DNA of 64,000 bases from a candidate division FCPU426 bacterium (GTDB lineage: Bacteria > Oederibacteriota > Muellerivitia > Muellerivitales > Muellerivitaceae), in contig CAWCKJ010000003.1 in assembly GCA_963796105.1 (NCBI GenBank), forward strand, positions 128,001-192,000. The letters run 5' to 3'. Both the position numbers and the translations under genes were made by a program. The first letter of the stretch is position 1. The number at the start of each line of letters is the position of its first letter. The notes beneath the pieces were generated by a model. The model did not search any database, had not been told where the DNA came from, and saw only the letters and a list, made by a program, of their open reading frames with translations. Shown here one piece after another: positions 9,810-18,729 of the stretch.

Positions 9810-10979
9810 TCACCCCTGGATGCTGGATAGAAAATGGATCAGCCTTTTGATTCCCTCCTCGAAAATTTCCTTTTCGGGCAAGAGGCTGATGACCAGGAAA
9901 AATCCAGATGAGAAATCGTAAAAACCCCCAGGCTGAACCAGGACTCTTTCCTTCTCCAGCAATTGAACGATGAAATCCTCTTCGCTGAGGGGACAATTTT
10001 TTAATTCCACCAGGGAGTACCATCCCCCTTCCGAAGGCCAAAGCGTAGATGTGGTTTCTTGGCCTTTTAGGCTACTCACCAAGTGGGATCGGTTTTTTAA
10101 AACACGGTCTAAAAGCTGTTTTTGAAACGAAGGGCCTATTTCCAATAGTTTTTTCAGCCCACATTGAACAGGCGTATTGACCGAAAGATATGTGTCCGCG
10201 ATGAGTTCAAGCCTGTTCCGGCATTCCCGCAATAGGTCCTCGGGCCCCTGGAGGGTGATCCAGGAGAGTTTCAGTTGAGGCAGACCCAAACTTTTCGATA
10301 GGCCGCCAAGCCTAAAGATGAGCGTATCGGAATTGTCGGGTTTGAAGGGCGGAGCCAGGGTGTAGCCATATTCGGAAAAAACCTCGTCCAGAAGAAGGGG
10401 AATTCGTCTTCTTTGGCATAAACCGGATAAGAATTGATAATCACCGGGCTTGAGAAAACTTCCGGTGGGATTATGCGGGTTCACGAATGTGACCAACCTG
10501 GTATTGGTTTGAACAGCCGCTTCCAAGGCCCCTCGATCTAGGGGCCAGCCTGATTTCGGAAGGAGGGGATAGGGAACCGCCAGTAGCCCATCCATACGGG
10601 TCAAGTGTTCCATCAAGGGATAACCGGGGTGTGGGATTAGGATATTATCGCCCGGGTCAGCCAGAAGTTTAAAAAGGTAGGAATAAGCCTCGCTGGTGCA
10701 GGAAGTTAAAAGGATATTTTCTGGCTTAGCTTTTTCTCCGCGTGCATTGAGGTAGGCCGCTAAATCCTCCCGGGCCCTTAAAAGACCGAAGGGATGGGGC
10801 TCATAAACCATCCCGGACGGATCCTGAAGAGCTTTCAAAATGTCGTTCGGAAAACTCAATCCGCATTGGGTGGGGTTGGATTGGGTCAAATCCAGGAAGC
10901 CCGTCAGGCTCATTTTTTCCGTATGAGCGGCGATTTTGTTTTTGGATAAATCCTCAGGCGTACGGTTTGAAAAAAACAT
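9810..10979 (-). CDS. PLP-dependent aminotransferase class I/II
   Basis: VNPHNPTG, LLDEVF, GGLSKSLGLPQLK (PLP lysine), VQPG. Confidence 0.92.
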   Translation of the reverse strand: MFFSNRTPEDLSKNKIAAHTEKMSLTGFLDLTQSNPTQCGLSFPNDILKALQDPSGMVYEPHPFGLLRAREDLAAYLNARGEKAKPENILLTSCTSEAYSYLFKLLADPGDNILIPHPGYPLMEHLTRMDGLLAVPYPLLPKSGWPLDRGALEAAVQTNTRLVTFVNPHNPTGSFLKPGDYQFLSGLCQRRRIPLLLDEVFSEYGYTLAPPFKPDNSDTLIFRLGGLSKSLGLPQLKLSWITLQGPEDLLRECRNRLELIADTYLSVNTPVQCGLKKLLEIGPSFQKQLLDRVLKNRSHLVSSLKGQETTSTLWPSEGGWYSLVELKNCPLSEEDFIVQLLEKERVLVQPGGFYDFSSGFFLVISLLPEKEIFEEGIKRLIHFLSSIQG

Positions 10980-11126
10980 TCACCCACCCTGGAATTGTGG
11001 TTTAGGATGCTGGTTAAAGGTTCCTGAAAGCCGCTTCAAAAATGGATTGGGCACCGGGCATCGGCCCGCTTATGCATGAGTTTCCTGACAAAAAAAGATA
11101 TTTCGGTGTTGAATCGGAATTATTTC

Positions 11127-11753
11127 TTAACGAGCCTTTGGATATATGGAATAAGTGTAATTCAACTTGGCCTTGGCCAGGGTGATATTGTTGATGGCGT
11201 TAATCACGTCCTGCGCGATGAAATTTCCCTCTACCGGACATCGTTTTTCCTTGAGCGCGAAGAGTGTAATGGTGTAATGGTGCAGCCTCTCGTCATTCCA
11301 TGCCGGTCCGGGTCCGTCATAGCCGAAGTAATTTCCCTCCATGTTCGCATTGCCTTTGAACCAGTTCGTGTAATCGTTCAATCCCTGGCGCGTTCCCCGG
11401 GGCCCCCCGGGTCCCGGCTTGCCTTTAACCGTCACTTCCTTGCTGAATTCCCCCGATTGGATAGGTGAGCCCTTAATGGGGATATCTACCAAAACCCAAT
11501 GGAAAAAGTTGACGCGTGGAAAATCAAATGGGATGGTTTTATCGGTTTTATTCACAAATTCCTTACTTGCTGGGGCGTCAAGATCCTGGACGATTAAAAC
11601 CAGGGTTTTTGTCTCAGGGGGAAGATCTCCCCAGGCAAGGTGGGGGTTTCGGTTTTTCGACAAAGCGGCGTGCTGGGTGGAATGGGGCATCAAAAAAGTG
11701 AAATCCGGACGAATTTGGGAACCCTCGCTAAAACTATCGCTCCAAAGTTTCAT
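11127..11753 (-). CDS. YbhB/YbcL (PEBP/Raf kinase inhibitor-like) protein
   Basis: NRNPHLAW, DLDAP, FFHWVLVDIP, YDGPGPAWNDERLHHY. Confidence 0.92.
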   Translation of the reverse strand: MKLWSDSFSEGSQIRPDFTFLMPHSTQHAALSKNRNPHLAWGDLPPETKTLVLIVQDLDAPASKEFVNKTDKTIPFDFPRVNFFHWVLVDIPIKGSPIQSGEFSKEVTVKGKPGPGGPRGTRQGLNDYTNWFKGNANMEGNYFGYDGPGPAWNDERLHHYTITLFALKEKRCPVEGNFIAQDVINAINNITLAKAKLNYTYSIYPKAR

Positions 11754-11928
11754 AAGTCCTCCAAGACTTTACTCGATAAAATTAACAAGCTTTTTATAAA
11801 TACAGCCTGAAAACAAAAGGCCGATGAAATGCGACGATGGATTTTAACATCAAAGGCCCTTCTTTCTCATAAATGAATTGAAGCGGAATTTGATTCTAAA
11901 GGCATTATTCGTGAAGGACTATCTAATA

Positions 11929-13572
11929 CCTGAATTTTGCGCCTAATAAAAAAACCATCTAGGAAACCATTATAGGATAAGGGTTGCGAAGCCAACTCAT
12001 CCTAAAAGAGGGTCCCCCAGATGGTGAAACGTCAAGATACGCCTCAGAAATCAAACCCGCAAGTCCAGAAAAAAGCCAATCGAAACGGGAGAATCGCGCC
12101 CAAGATTACGGCCAATACTCCCGTAGGTATTTGCGAAGACCGCCTAACAGCTTTTGGCGGATTGTTGGCATTGGCGAAGATGTTCGACCTTCTTGATTTT
12201 GAGCGGGAATTCAAAAAACACTATGCCGCACCTAAACGCCTTCCGAATTTGGGCCACTACCGGATGGTAAGCGGCATCCTAATGCTTCTTTTCATCGGGT
12301 TCCAAAGACTTGGCCATTTTGCCTACCTGCGGGGTGAGGTCATGCTGTGCGGTTTACTGCGGGTTCCCTTGTTGCCGGTAGTGACAACTTTTTGGAGATA
12401 CCTGAGGTCGCTGGGGATCGGGCAGTCGGCATCGTTGCTGAATCTGAGTGGGGCGTTACGGGCCAAGGTTTGGGGACAGGTGAAATATGCCCCCAAGAAG
12501 GTGGAGATCAACATCGATACCACCACCGCAACGGTCTACGGAAATATCGAGGGAAGCCGAAAAGGATACAACCCCAAGCACCGGGGCAAGAAGGGACTGA
12601 GGCCCATTCTGTGTTTTCTCCAGGAAACCCGGGAATATTTGTGCGGAACCCAAAGACGCGGAACCACCCTTAGTTCTGAGGAAGTGGCCCGCCAAATTAG
12701 ACAATTCCGGCGACTCTTGCCGTCCTGTGTCCGGACGATTCTGGTGCGCGGTGACGGTGAAATGATCGGCTGGGAAAGCGTGAAAGCCTGTGAAAAAGAA
12801 GGGTTTTCTTTCATCTTCGGGAACAAGCGGCATGACCCGCCTTTCACGAAAAAGGGTTGGTACCGCCATGGAGAACACGAATACAACGAATGTGTCCATC
12901 AACCCATAGGCTGGCAACAACCAGTCCGGTTTGTGGCGATGAGGACGCTGGATGAAAAAGCGCGGGAGAAACAATTGAGCCTTCCTGAAATGGAAGGATA
13001 TGTCTACCGAATCTTCGCGACCAACTGTCTGGGAGCACCCCATCGGGTGGTTGAGGAATACGACCTGCGCGCGGATGTGGAAAACCTGATTGGTGAGGCG
13101 CAACGGGAGGGGTTATTAGCAATTCCCTCTAAGAGTTTCCAAAGCCACCATGCTTTTTTCCAGATCGTGATGCTGGCTTACAACCTCTGGAGGTGGATGA
13201 AACTAATGGTGGGCCATTGTGGAAAAGAAAAGCGACCGGGAAAGAAGCCACAGGAGAAGGAACAGATCACCATGCCGGACCATACCCTTCGGATCGCACG
13301 TTTGAAGATGCTCTTTGTAGCCGCCCGAATCCAGTATCACGGCCATCGGGATGTGGTGAGGTATTCAATCCATGATGATAGGACAGCGGGCCTATTGGGT
13401 TTCCTCAAATACCTTGATCGAAAACGATTGGAAAGACCCAGGGCGGCCTAGAAGTGGCTTGGTGCAAAAAATTCTTTGCACATAAGTTCACTTCTGATGA
13501 AAATGGCCACTGTCGGGTCCCGATTCAGGCCGATCTGGCCACGGAATCGGTAAACTCGGTGCAAAATTCAGG
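11929..13572 (+). mobile_element. Complete IS1380-family insertion sequence (1644 bp)
   Basis: IRL CCTGAATTTTGCGCC (11929-11943) and IRR GGTGCAAAATTCAGG (13558-13572) match 14/15. 5-bp target duplication TAATA at 11924-11928 and 13573-13577. Confidence 0.93.
12021..13451 (+). CDS. IS1380-family DDE transposase
   Basis: LTAFGGL N-terminal motif, IDTT..VYG..EG..GYN, VRGDG, Y..RADVENLIGE, LAYNL. Confidence 0.92.
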   Translation: MVKRQDTPQKSNPQVQKKANRNGRIAPKITANTPVGICEDRLTAFGGLLALAKMFDLLDFEREFKKHYAAPKRLPNLGHYRMVSGILMLLFIGFQRLGHFAYLRGEVMLCGLLRVPLLPVVTTFWRYLRSLGIGQSASLLNLSGALRAKVWGQVKYAPKKVEINIDTTTATVYGNIEGSRKGYNPKHRGKKGLRPILCFLQETREYLCGTQRRGTTLSSEEVARQIRQFRRLLPSCVRTILVRGDGEMIGWESVKACEKEGFSFIFGNKRHDPPFTKKGWYRHGEHEYNECVHQPIGWQQPVRFVAMRTLDEKAREKQLSLPEMEGYVYRIFATNCLGAPHRVVEEYDLRADVENLIGEAQREGLLAIPSKSFQSHHAFFQIVMLAYNLWRWMKLMVGHCGKEKRPGKKPQEKEQITMPDHTLRIARLKMLFVAARIQYHGHRDVVRYSIHDDRTAGLLGFLKYLDRKRLERPRAA

Positions 13573-13790
13573 TAATATAAAGGGAAAAAAGCTAGAGGCG
13601 GCTAAACCTCCAGAAGGGATTCAAAGTCAATTCGGCTTTTGGATAAGATGCGAGGGATTGATTATACTTTCACCATGGGGTGGGTAGGTCATCCCGTTGT
13701 TTGCCATTGACCCGAACTTTATTTGAATCCGGCGGTACGGCTTGTCCCACTCCGGCCTCGAATCGGAGATACTTTGAAAAGAAGGCTTTA

Positions 13791-15701
13791 ATGCTTCGTG
13801 TAAAACTACTGCTGACTATTTTTACACTTATTGCCCTTGCCGCGTTAGGATTCGGCGCCATCCATGCCGAGGAAAATGGATCTCAAAAAAAATCCTACGC
13901 GAAGTCAGCGCCGGGCCATCCGAATTTCGCACCTGGGTTGGTGGTTTTGGAACTGAACAAGGGAGCGGATTTGATGGCGGCTCAACATGAAGTGGAATCC
14001 CTTGGCTACAAGGTCAAGCGCGCCTCCAAATGGAGCGGGACCCTGGTGGTTCAGGTTCAAGCCGGAGAGGAACTTCAATTTGTTGATTATTTCAAGAATC
14101 ATTTCCTTTTTAGGAGGGTCTTGCCGGACTATCTCGGCGTTCCGGATGTGACAAATTACGTACCGTTCTCCTACCCGAATGATCCCGCCTATTCGGCGAA
14201 TGCCAGCAGTTCTTCAGGTCAAAACGATTGGTATTTGAACCAAGTGGGAATAGACGAAGCATGGAACGATCCTGATCCCTGGATGTCCAATGCGTCCAAG
14301 GGTCGATCTAGCGCCGTCATTGCCATTGTTGATACCGGTATCAATCTCGTCCATGAGGATGTAACTTCTCATTTATGGAGGGATCCCGGTAGCGGGAATC
14401 TCGGCCACAACTTTGTTGATGCATCAACGAGCATTTCAGATGTGTCTGGGCACGGCACTTATGTCACGGGAGTGGCTTCTGCTAATACCGACAATGCCCT
14501 AGGAGGGGCCGGCTTTTGCGTCAACTGCACGGTGATGGTTTTAAGGGCCAGCTCGGACGAGACCGCAAGCGATTCAGTGCCGTTTGCCGACGCCATCAAT
14601 TACGCTGTGCAAAACAAAGTCATGGCCATTAATCTGAGCTGGTCTTTTCCGCCCGGCACATTTCAAACCTACTGCGCCGACGCTTGGAAGGCGGGAAGCC
14701 TTGTGGTGTCCAGCATGGGAAATTCGGGCGACAACACCCAATACAGTCCCGCTGGGGACACGAACGCGTTGGGGATCGGCGCTACCGAGCCCGCCGGGAA
14801 CCTGTCTCCCTATTCTTCATTTGGGGCCTGGGTCGGAATGTGCGCGCCGGTAGGCCAAATCGCCAATGGGGACGGGGTGTTTACGGATGGGGTCACCTGC
14901 GGTTCAAACCCATGCGGGGATCCTTGCACAAGTTGTTATGTGGTCGCGGACGGAACGAGTTTTGCCGCTGCGCAAGTCAGCGCCATGGTCGCCATCCTGG
15001 CGGATTTGGGTCTGTCCAACGACGACATCGTTAACCGCCTCTATAAGACAGCTGAACATCTGGGCGCTTCCTATCCCAATACCCTGACCGGCTGGGGAAA
15101 TTTGAACGCCTACCGCTGCTTGGCTTCTTGCAGGCCGCCATCGTCCCTGACCGCTGTGGTTTCCTCAACCGGGGTGAGTCTTGCGTGGAATCCCCCCAGG
15201 ACCATCGCTTTCGCGACCAGCGAATATATTATTCTGCGTTCAACTGTCCCGGGAGGGCCTTACATTCAAGTGGGTCAAACGTCCAATGGGAACACCACTT
15301 CCTTCATCGACCTGAGCGCGATGACAGGGAAGAGTTATTATTACGTTGTCAAAGCCGTGGATAGCCAGCAATTGCAGACTCTTCCCTCGAATGATGTGTT
15401 ACTCATCGACGACGGGCCGTCTTATCCATTCTGCCCGGTTCTTTTTCCCAACCCACTCAAAGAAGCCTCTCCCTCGTGGATTTATCTGTCGGGCAAGAGT
15501 TCTGGGTCCATTCAGGTTCAAATATACACAACTGCATTTCGAAAAGTGAACGAGGTTTCTCTTTCAATCGGGGAGTCGGGTAACTACGGGCCATTAGAGC
15601 CGAAGGATTGGTGGAACAAACCATTGGCTAATGGTCTTTATTATCTGCTTATTACAGGAGAGGGAAAACATTCGCTCCGGAAATGGCTTATCATTAAATA
15701 A
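13791..15701 (+). CDS. Secreted S8 (subtilisin-like) serine protease with Fn3 and T9SS-type/FlgD-like C-terminal domain
   Basis: Signal peptide from ATG 13791; triad IVDTG, GHGT, GTSFA; oxyanion GN; Fn3 (VSLAWNPP...SYYYVVKAVD); terminal LFPNP...IYTTAFRKV...LANGLYY. Confidence 0.92.
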   Translation: MLRVKLLLTIFTLIALAALGFGAIHAEENGSQKKSYAKSAPGHPNFAPGLVVLELNKGADLMAAQHEVESLGYKVKRASKWSGTLVVQVQAGEELQFVDYFKNHFLFRRVLPDYLGVPDVTNYVPFSYPNDPAYSANASSSSGQNDWYLNQVGIDEAWNDPDPWMSNASKGRSSAVIAIVDTGINLVHEDVTSHLWRDPGSGNLGHNFVDASTSISDVSGHGTYVTGVASANTDNALGGAGFCVNCTVMVLRASSDETASDSVPFADAINYAVQNKVMAINLSWSFPPGTFQTYCADAWKAGSLVVSSMGNSGDNTQYSPAGDTNALGIGATEPAGNLSPYSSFGAWVGMCAPVGQIANGDGVFTDGVTCGSNPCGDPCTSCYVVADGTSFAAAQVSAMVAILADLGLSNDDIVNRLYKTAEHLGASYPNTLTGWGNLNAYRCLASCRPPSSLTAVVSSTGVSLAWNPPRTIAFATSEYIILRSTVPGGPYIQVGQTSNGNTTSFIDLSAMTGKSYYYVVKAVDSQQLQTLPSNDVLLIDDGPSYPFCPVLFPNPLKEASPSWIYLSGKSSGSIQVQIYTTAFRKVNEVSLSIGESGNYGPLEPKDWWNKPLANGLYYLLITGEGKHSLRKWLIIK

Positions 15702-15876
15702 AGACGTTTAAAGCTGTTTGCATTGAGATTCTCAAAGGAAAGTTTTAGAAAGGGAATAGAGAGGGAAATGGAGAGATTGGAAAAAAGCTTAAGCATTTGA
15801 CACAAGTCGTTGAAACTCACCTGGAATTATCAAGGAATGAGAGAGAAAAAAACAAACTAGAAAGGAAAAAAACGAT

Positions 15877-16101
15877 TTAAATTCCTTCGAAAAGTTTGTT
15901 AATCGGGCAACCCAAGGCTTTGTGGATCTTGACAACGTTCTTGAGCGTAATGCTTCTTTCGCCGCGCTCCACAAAACCAATAAAGTTCGCCGCCAAACCA
16001 GCCTTGTCGCCCAAATTTTCCTGGGACCAACCATGCATTTTACGGTTTTTGCGGACGTTCTCCCCGAATTTAAGAATGATTTGCTTATCTGTTTTCTTCA
16101 T
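15877..16101 (-). CDS. XRE/Cro-C1 HTH protein resembling restriction-modification controller (C) proteins
   Basis: FGENVRKNR..GWSQENLG..AGL...FIG.VERGERSITL....IHKALG. Confidence 0.9.
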   Translation of the reverse strand: MKKTDKQIILKFGENVRKNRKMHGWSQENLGDKAGLAANFIGFVERGERSITLKNVVKIHKALGCPINKLFEGI

Positions 16102-16115
16102 GTGTAAATGCTAAG

Positions 16116-16149
16116 ACTTCCCACCGAGTGATATCAACTACCTAGAAGT
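16116..16149. promoter_or_regulatory. Symmetric operator-like site upstream of the XRE gene
   Basis: ACTTC-N8-TGATATCA-N8-GAAGT, ending 14 nt upstream of the XRE ATG. Confidence 0.5.
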
Positions 16150-16411
16150 ATTATTTAAAAATTAAACCCGCGAATTTTTACCTTATCTGAGTAATTTAAA
16201 AACCCATAGTCCGATGAATACTAGTTTCATAAACAAGTCGCTTTTTGTAACCTGTTAAACTAGATTCATTAAGAATATGAAAAAAACATTTTGGCTTCAT
16301 TTGATTTTTTACCTTCCTAAAATCATTTTCCGGAGTTTTCCGCGCCTAGAGGTCTACTGGATTTTAGACCTCATCCTGTAGTGTTTTAAATCGTTGAAAT
16401 AAGATGTTGCT

Positions 16412-16429
16412 TGATAGGTTGACCTATCA
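16412..16429. promoter_or_regulatory. Perfect palindrome, probable transcription factor site
   Basis: TGATAGGT-TG-ACCTATCA, about 65 nt upstream of the ORF at 16493. Confidence 0.5.
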
Positions 16430-16492
16430 GGTGCAAGATACCTTTACCTGCCATTTCCTTTAACGGACTGGCATGTGAAGGAGTAAAGCCAT

Positions 16493-16765
16493 ATGAAATC
16501 CGTTAGATATCCAGAAACTATTTTCTGCGAGGAGTGCAACGGGCATACTCGAATGGTGGACTGTCGGGTTTTGAGCCGGAAATCCAAGGGAAAAACACAA
16601 GTCGAATTTGATTGTGTTTGCGTGGATTGCGGCCACCGTGAATCAGTCGCTAGGGACGCTGAGTATCTCCATTTCAGCGAAAGGGAATTTTGCGCCGCCA
16701 AGGGCCTGCCTGATTTCAAGAACAGGGCCAAGGGTGCTGGAGTTGTTTTTATCCTTCATAAATAA
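16493..16765 (+). CDS. Small Cys-rich (CxxC...CxxC) zinc-ribbon-like hypothetical protein
   Basis: GAAGGAG RBS; CEEC and CVDCGH pairs; 90 aa. Confidence 0.6.
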   Translation: MKSVRYPETIFCEECNGHTRMVDCRVLSRKSKGKTQVEFDCVCVDCGHRESVARDAEYLHFSEREFCAAKGLPDFKNRAKGAGVVFILHK

Positions 16766-16929
16766 TATTTTCTGCGTCACCTGAGAAAGACCCCTGCCTT
16801 CTTGTGAACACGTATCAAGAATCCCGGATGTAGAAACTTGTTCGCTATCACGCTCCCGATGGACAGTGGGACATGGGGAGGAGGGCAAACGAAGGCGCAC
16901 TCCTCGGTGGAAGTCCTTGGGATAGTGCC

Positions 16930-17670
16930 ATGAATTCCTACGGAGAAGCTTTTTCGGCGTTTTATGACGACCAATTCGGGAATTACTCTGAAAAGGCCGC
17001 GCCGATTCTTCTGCGTTTTTTCTCAAACCTGATACTCTCTAAAACAATTCCCGAGATCTTGGACCTGGGCTGTGGAACCGGACGGATCGCTTTTCATTTC
17101 CTGGAGGCGGGTTATTCCTTCACGGGCCTTGATCTCTCCTCGGATATGCTTGACCTTGCGCGCGCGCGTTGCTCGCACTTGTTGGCGGGCCGGAACGCGA
17201 CATTCCTTCAACAAGACATTTCGGGATTCTATCTAACAGACAGTTTCGGGTTAGTCCTTTCTACTTATAACGCCGTCAACCATTTGGAGGGTGCGAGGAA
17301 TCTTCAGGAGTGTTTCCAATCAGTTAGACCATGCCTGGTTAAAGGTGGTTGGTTTATTTTTGATTATCACACGATAAAAGGGCTCGAGCAATGGAGCGTT
17401 TCTGAAACCTCCCATTTTGACAAAGGAGAGTTGAAAACATCAGGAATCTTCTACGCAGAAAAAGGGTTGGCGCTTTTGAACCTCAAGGGTTCCTACGGAG
17501 GTTCGAGCATTGATGAAACTTTCCAAAACTTTTCGATTCCCTTAATAGAGCTGAATGATCTTCTGAAAAGTGGGGGCTTTAACAGGATAGTTTATTCCAA
17601 GATGGATGACCTGGGCGCAGTTGTCGAGGAACCAGTCTGCGAAAACCGAATCGTAGTAATGGCCTCCTAG
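16930..17670 (+). CDS. Class I SAM-dependent methyltransferase
   Basis: ILDLGCGTG, GLDLSSDML, YNAVNHL, L..GGWFIFD. Start moved to ATG 16930 (MNSYGEAFSAFYD). Confidence 0.9.
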   Translation: MNSYGEAFSAFYDDQFGNYSEKAAPILLRFFSNLILSKTIPEILDLGCGTGRIAFHFLEAGYSFTGLDLSSDMLDLARARCSHLLAGRNATFLQQDISGFYLTDSFGLVLSTYNAVNHLEGARNLQECFQSVRPCLVKGGWFIFDYHTIKGLEQWSVSETSHFDKGELKTSGIFYAEKGLALLNLKGSYGGSSIDETFQNFSIPLIELNDLLKSGGFNRIVYSKMDDLGAVVEEPVCENRIVVMAS

Positions 17671-17782
17671 AATCGGAAATATTCCGGGAGTTAAATGAAT
17701 TTTTCTCATTATTTTTCGATTAAAATAACATCTTCTCCATTTAGTCGGAAAGGAAATGATTATTTATCTGGGAAGCCAAAAA

Positions 17783-18697
17783 ATGTCGAAACCCCTCTCG
17801 GGATTCGGCGGTTATATTCAACTCTTGACCCGCGCTGTTGGTTTGGCCTTAAGGCATTCTGCCGGCCGGCCCCGGGCCTATAAGAGGCTGATCGCGAGCT
17901 CGCTCGCGTTCAAATCGGTGCTCGCCCTAGTGCCAGTTCTCGCCATCCTCATGGCGGTTCTCGCGGGAGAGGCCTTCACCGAAAAACGAGAGGCTATCCT
18001 CGACCGGATCGTGGATGTGATTTATCCCGTCGATAACCTCGATAACGACAAGACCTTGGACCCGTCGGAAAAGCAAAACCTAAGGGAAATGAACCAGGTG
18101 GGGAAGAGGCAGATTCGACGCTCTATCAAGAAATTTGCTGAACATTCGAAAAAGGTCGGCTGGACCGGTTTGTTGGCTTTCGCGGTGGTGGTGTTTCTTT
18201 TGCTGCGAGACGTTGAAACGTCCTTTAATTTTCTTTGGGGGGTGAGCCGTGGAAGACCTCTTCCTTCTCAGTTCGTAAGGCATACCCTATTGTTTCTGGT
18301 TGGTCCGTTGATGCTGATCTCCGTCATGACAATGAAAGATTGGTTCCATGGCTGGGGGATCGTCAAGCCCTTCTGGAATGGGTGGTTCCTTTCTGTCGGA
18401 GTGCCATTCGTCTTTCTCTGGGCAGGATGCGCGGCCATGTACGCCTGGATTCCCAACGCCAAGGTCGGCCGAAAAGCGGCATTGTCCGCGGGGTTCCTAG
18501 CGGCTTTTCTCCTGGAGGTCGGACGGCGGGGGATGAACTATTACACGGTTCATGTGATGGATCATTCGAAGGCCTACGGGGCCCTTTGGACTTTTCCGGT
18601 CATTCTCCTATGGCTTTATGTTTCCTGGACACTGATTCTCTTCGGCGCCGAGGTGTCGTTTTACCTCCAAAATCCACCCTCGCCTGGGAATCATTAA
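17783..18697 (+). CDS. YihY/BrkB family membrane protein
   Basis: ASSLAFKSVLALVP, VETSFNFLWGV, YGALWTFPVILLWLYVSWTLILFGAE. Start 17756 or 17783. Confidence 0.9.
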   Translation: MSKPLSGFGGYIQLLTRAVGLALRHSAGRPRAYKRLIASSLAFKSVLALVPVLAILMAVLAGEAFTEKREAILDRIVDVIYPVDNLDNDKTLDPSEKQNLREMNQVGKRQIRRSIKKFAEHSKKVGWTGLLAFAVVVFLLLRDVETSFNFLWGVSRGRPLPSQFVRHTLLFLVGPLMLISVMTMKDWFHGWGIVKPFWNGWFLSVGVPFVFLWAGCAAMYAWIPNAKVGRKAALSAGFLAAFLLEVGRRGMNYYTVHVMDHSKAYGALWTFPVILLWLYVSWTLILFGAEVSFYLQNPPSPGNH

Positions 18698-18729
18698 ATT
18701 GCAGGGTATCTATATTTCGGGGTAACCAT

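Noticed and set aside
11797..11827. Sigma-28 promoter (TAAA...GCCGATGA)
   Set aside because: The spacer is 19 nt instead of about 15.
13680..13790. Upstream extension of the S8 protease ORF (similarly 2066, 16873, 27341, 49924)
   Set aside because: Downstream ATGs give proper signal peptides or domain starts and, for 2066, 27341 and 49924, avoid long overlaps with the upstream gene.
16277..16381. 34-aa hydrophobic ORF (MKKTFWLHLIFYLPKIIF...) as a type I toxin
   Set aside because: No RBS, lies in AT-rich intergenic DNA and overlaps a palindrome; unsupported.
18235..18729. 464-aa ORF start overlapping yihY
   Set aside because: The first 165 codons lie mostly inside yihY in another frame; a signal-peptide-like start exists at 18730.
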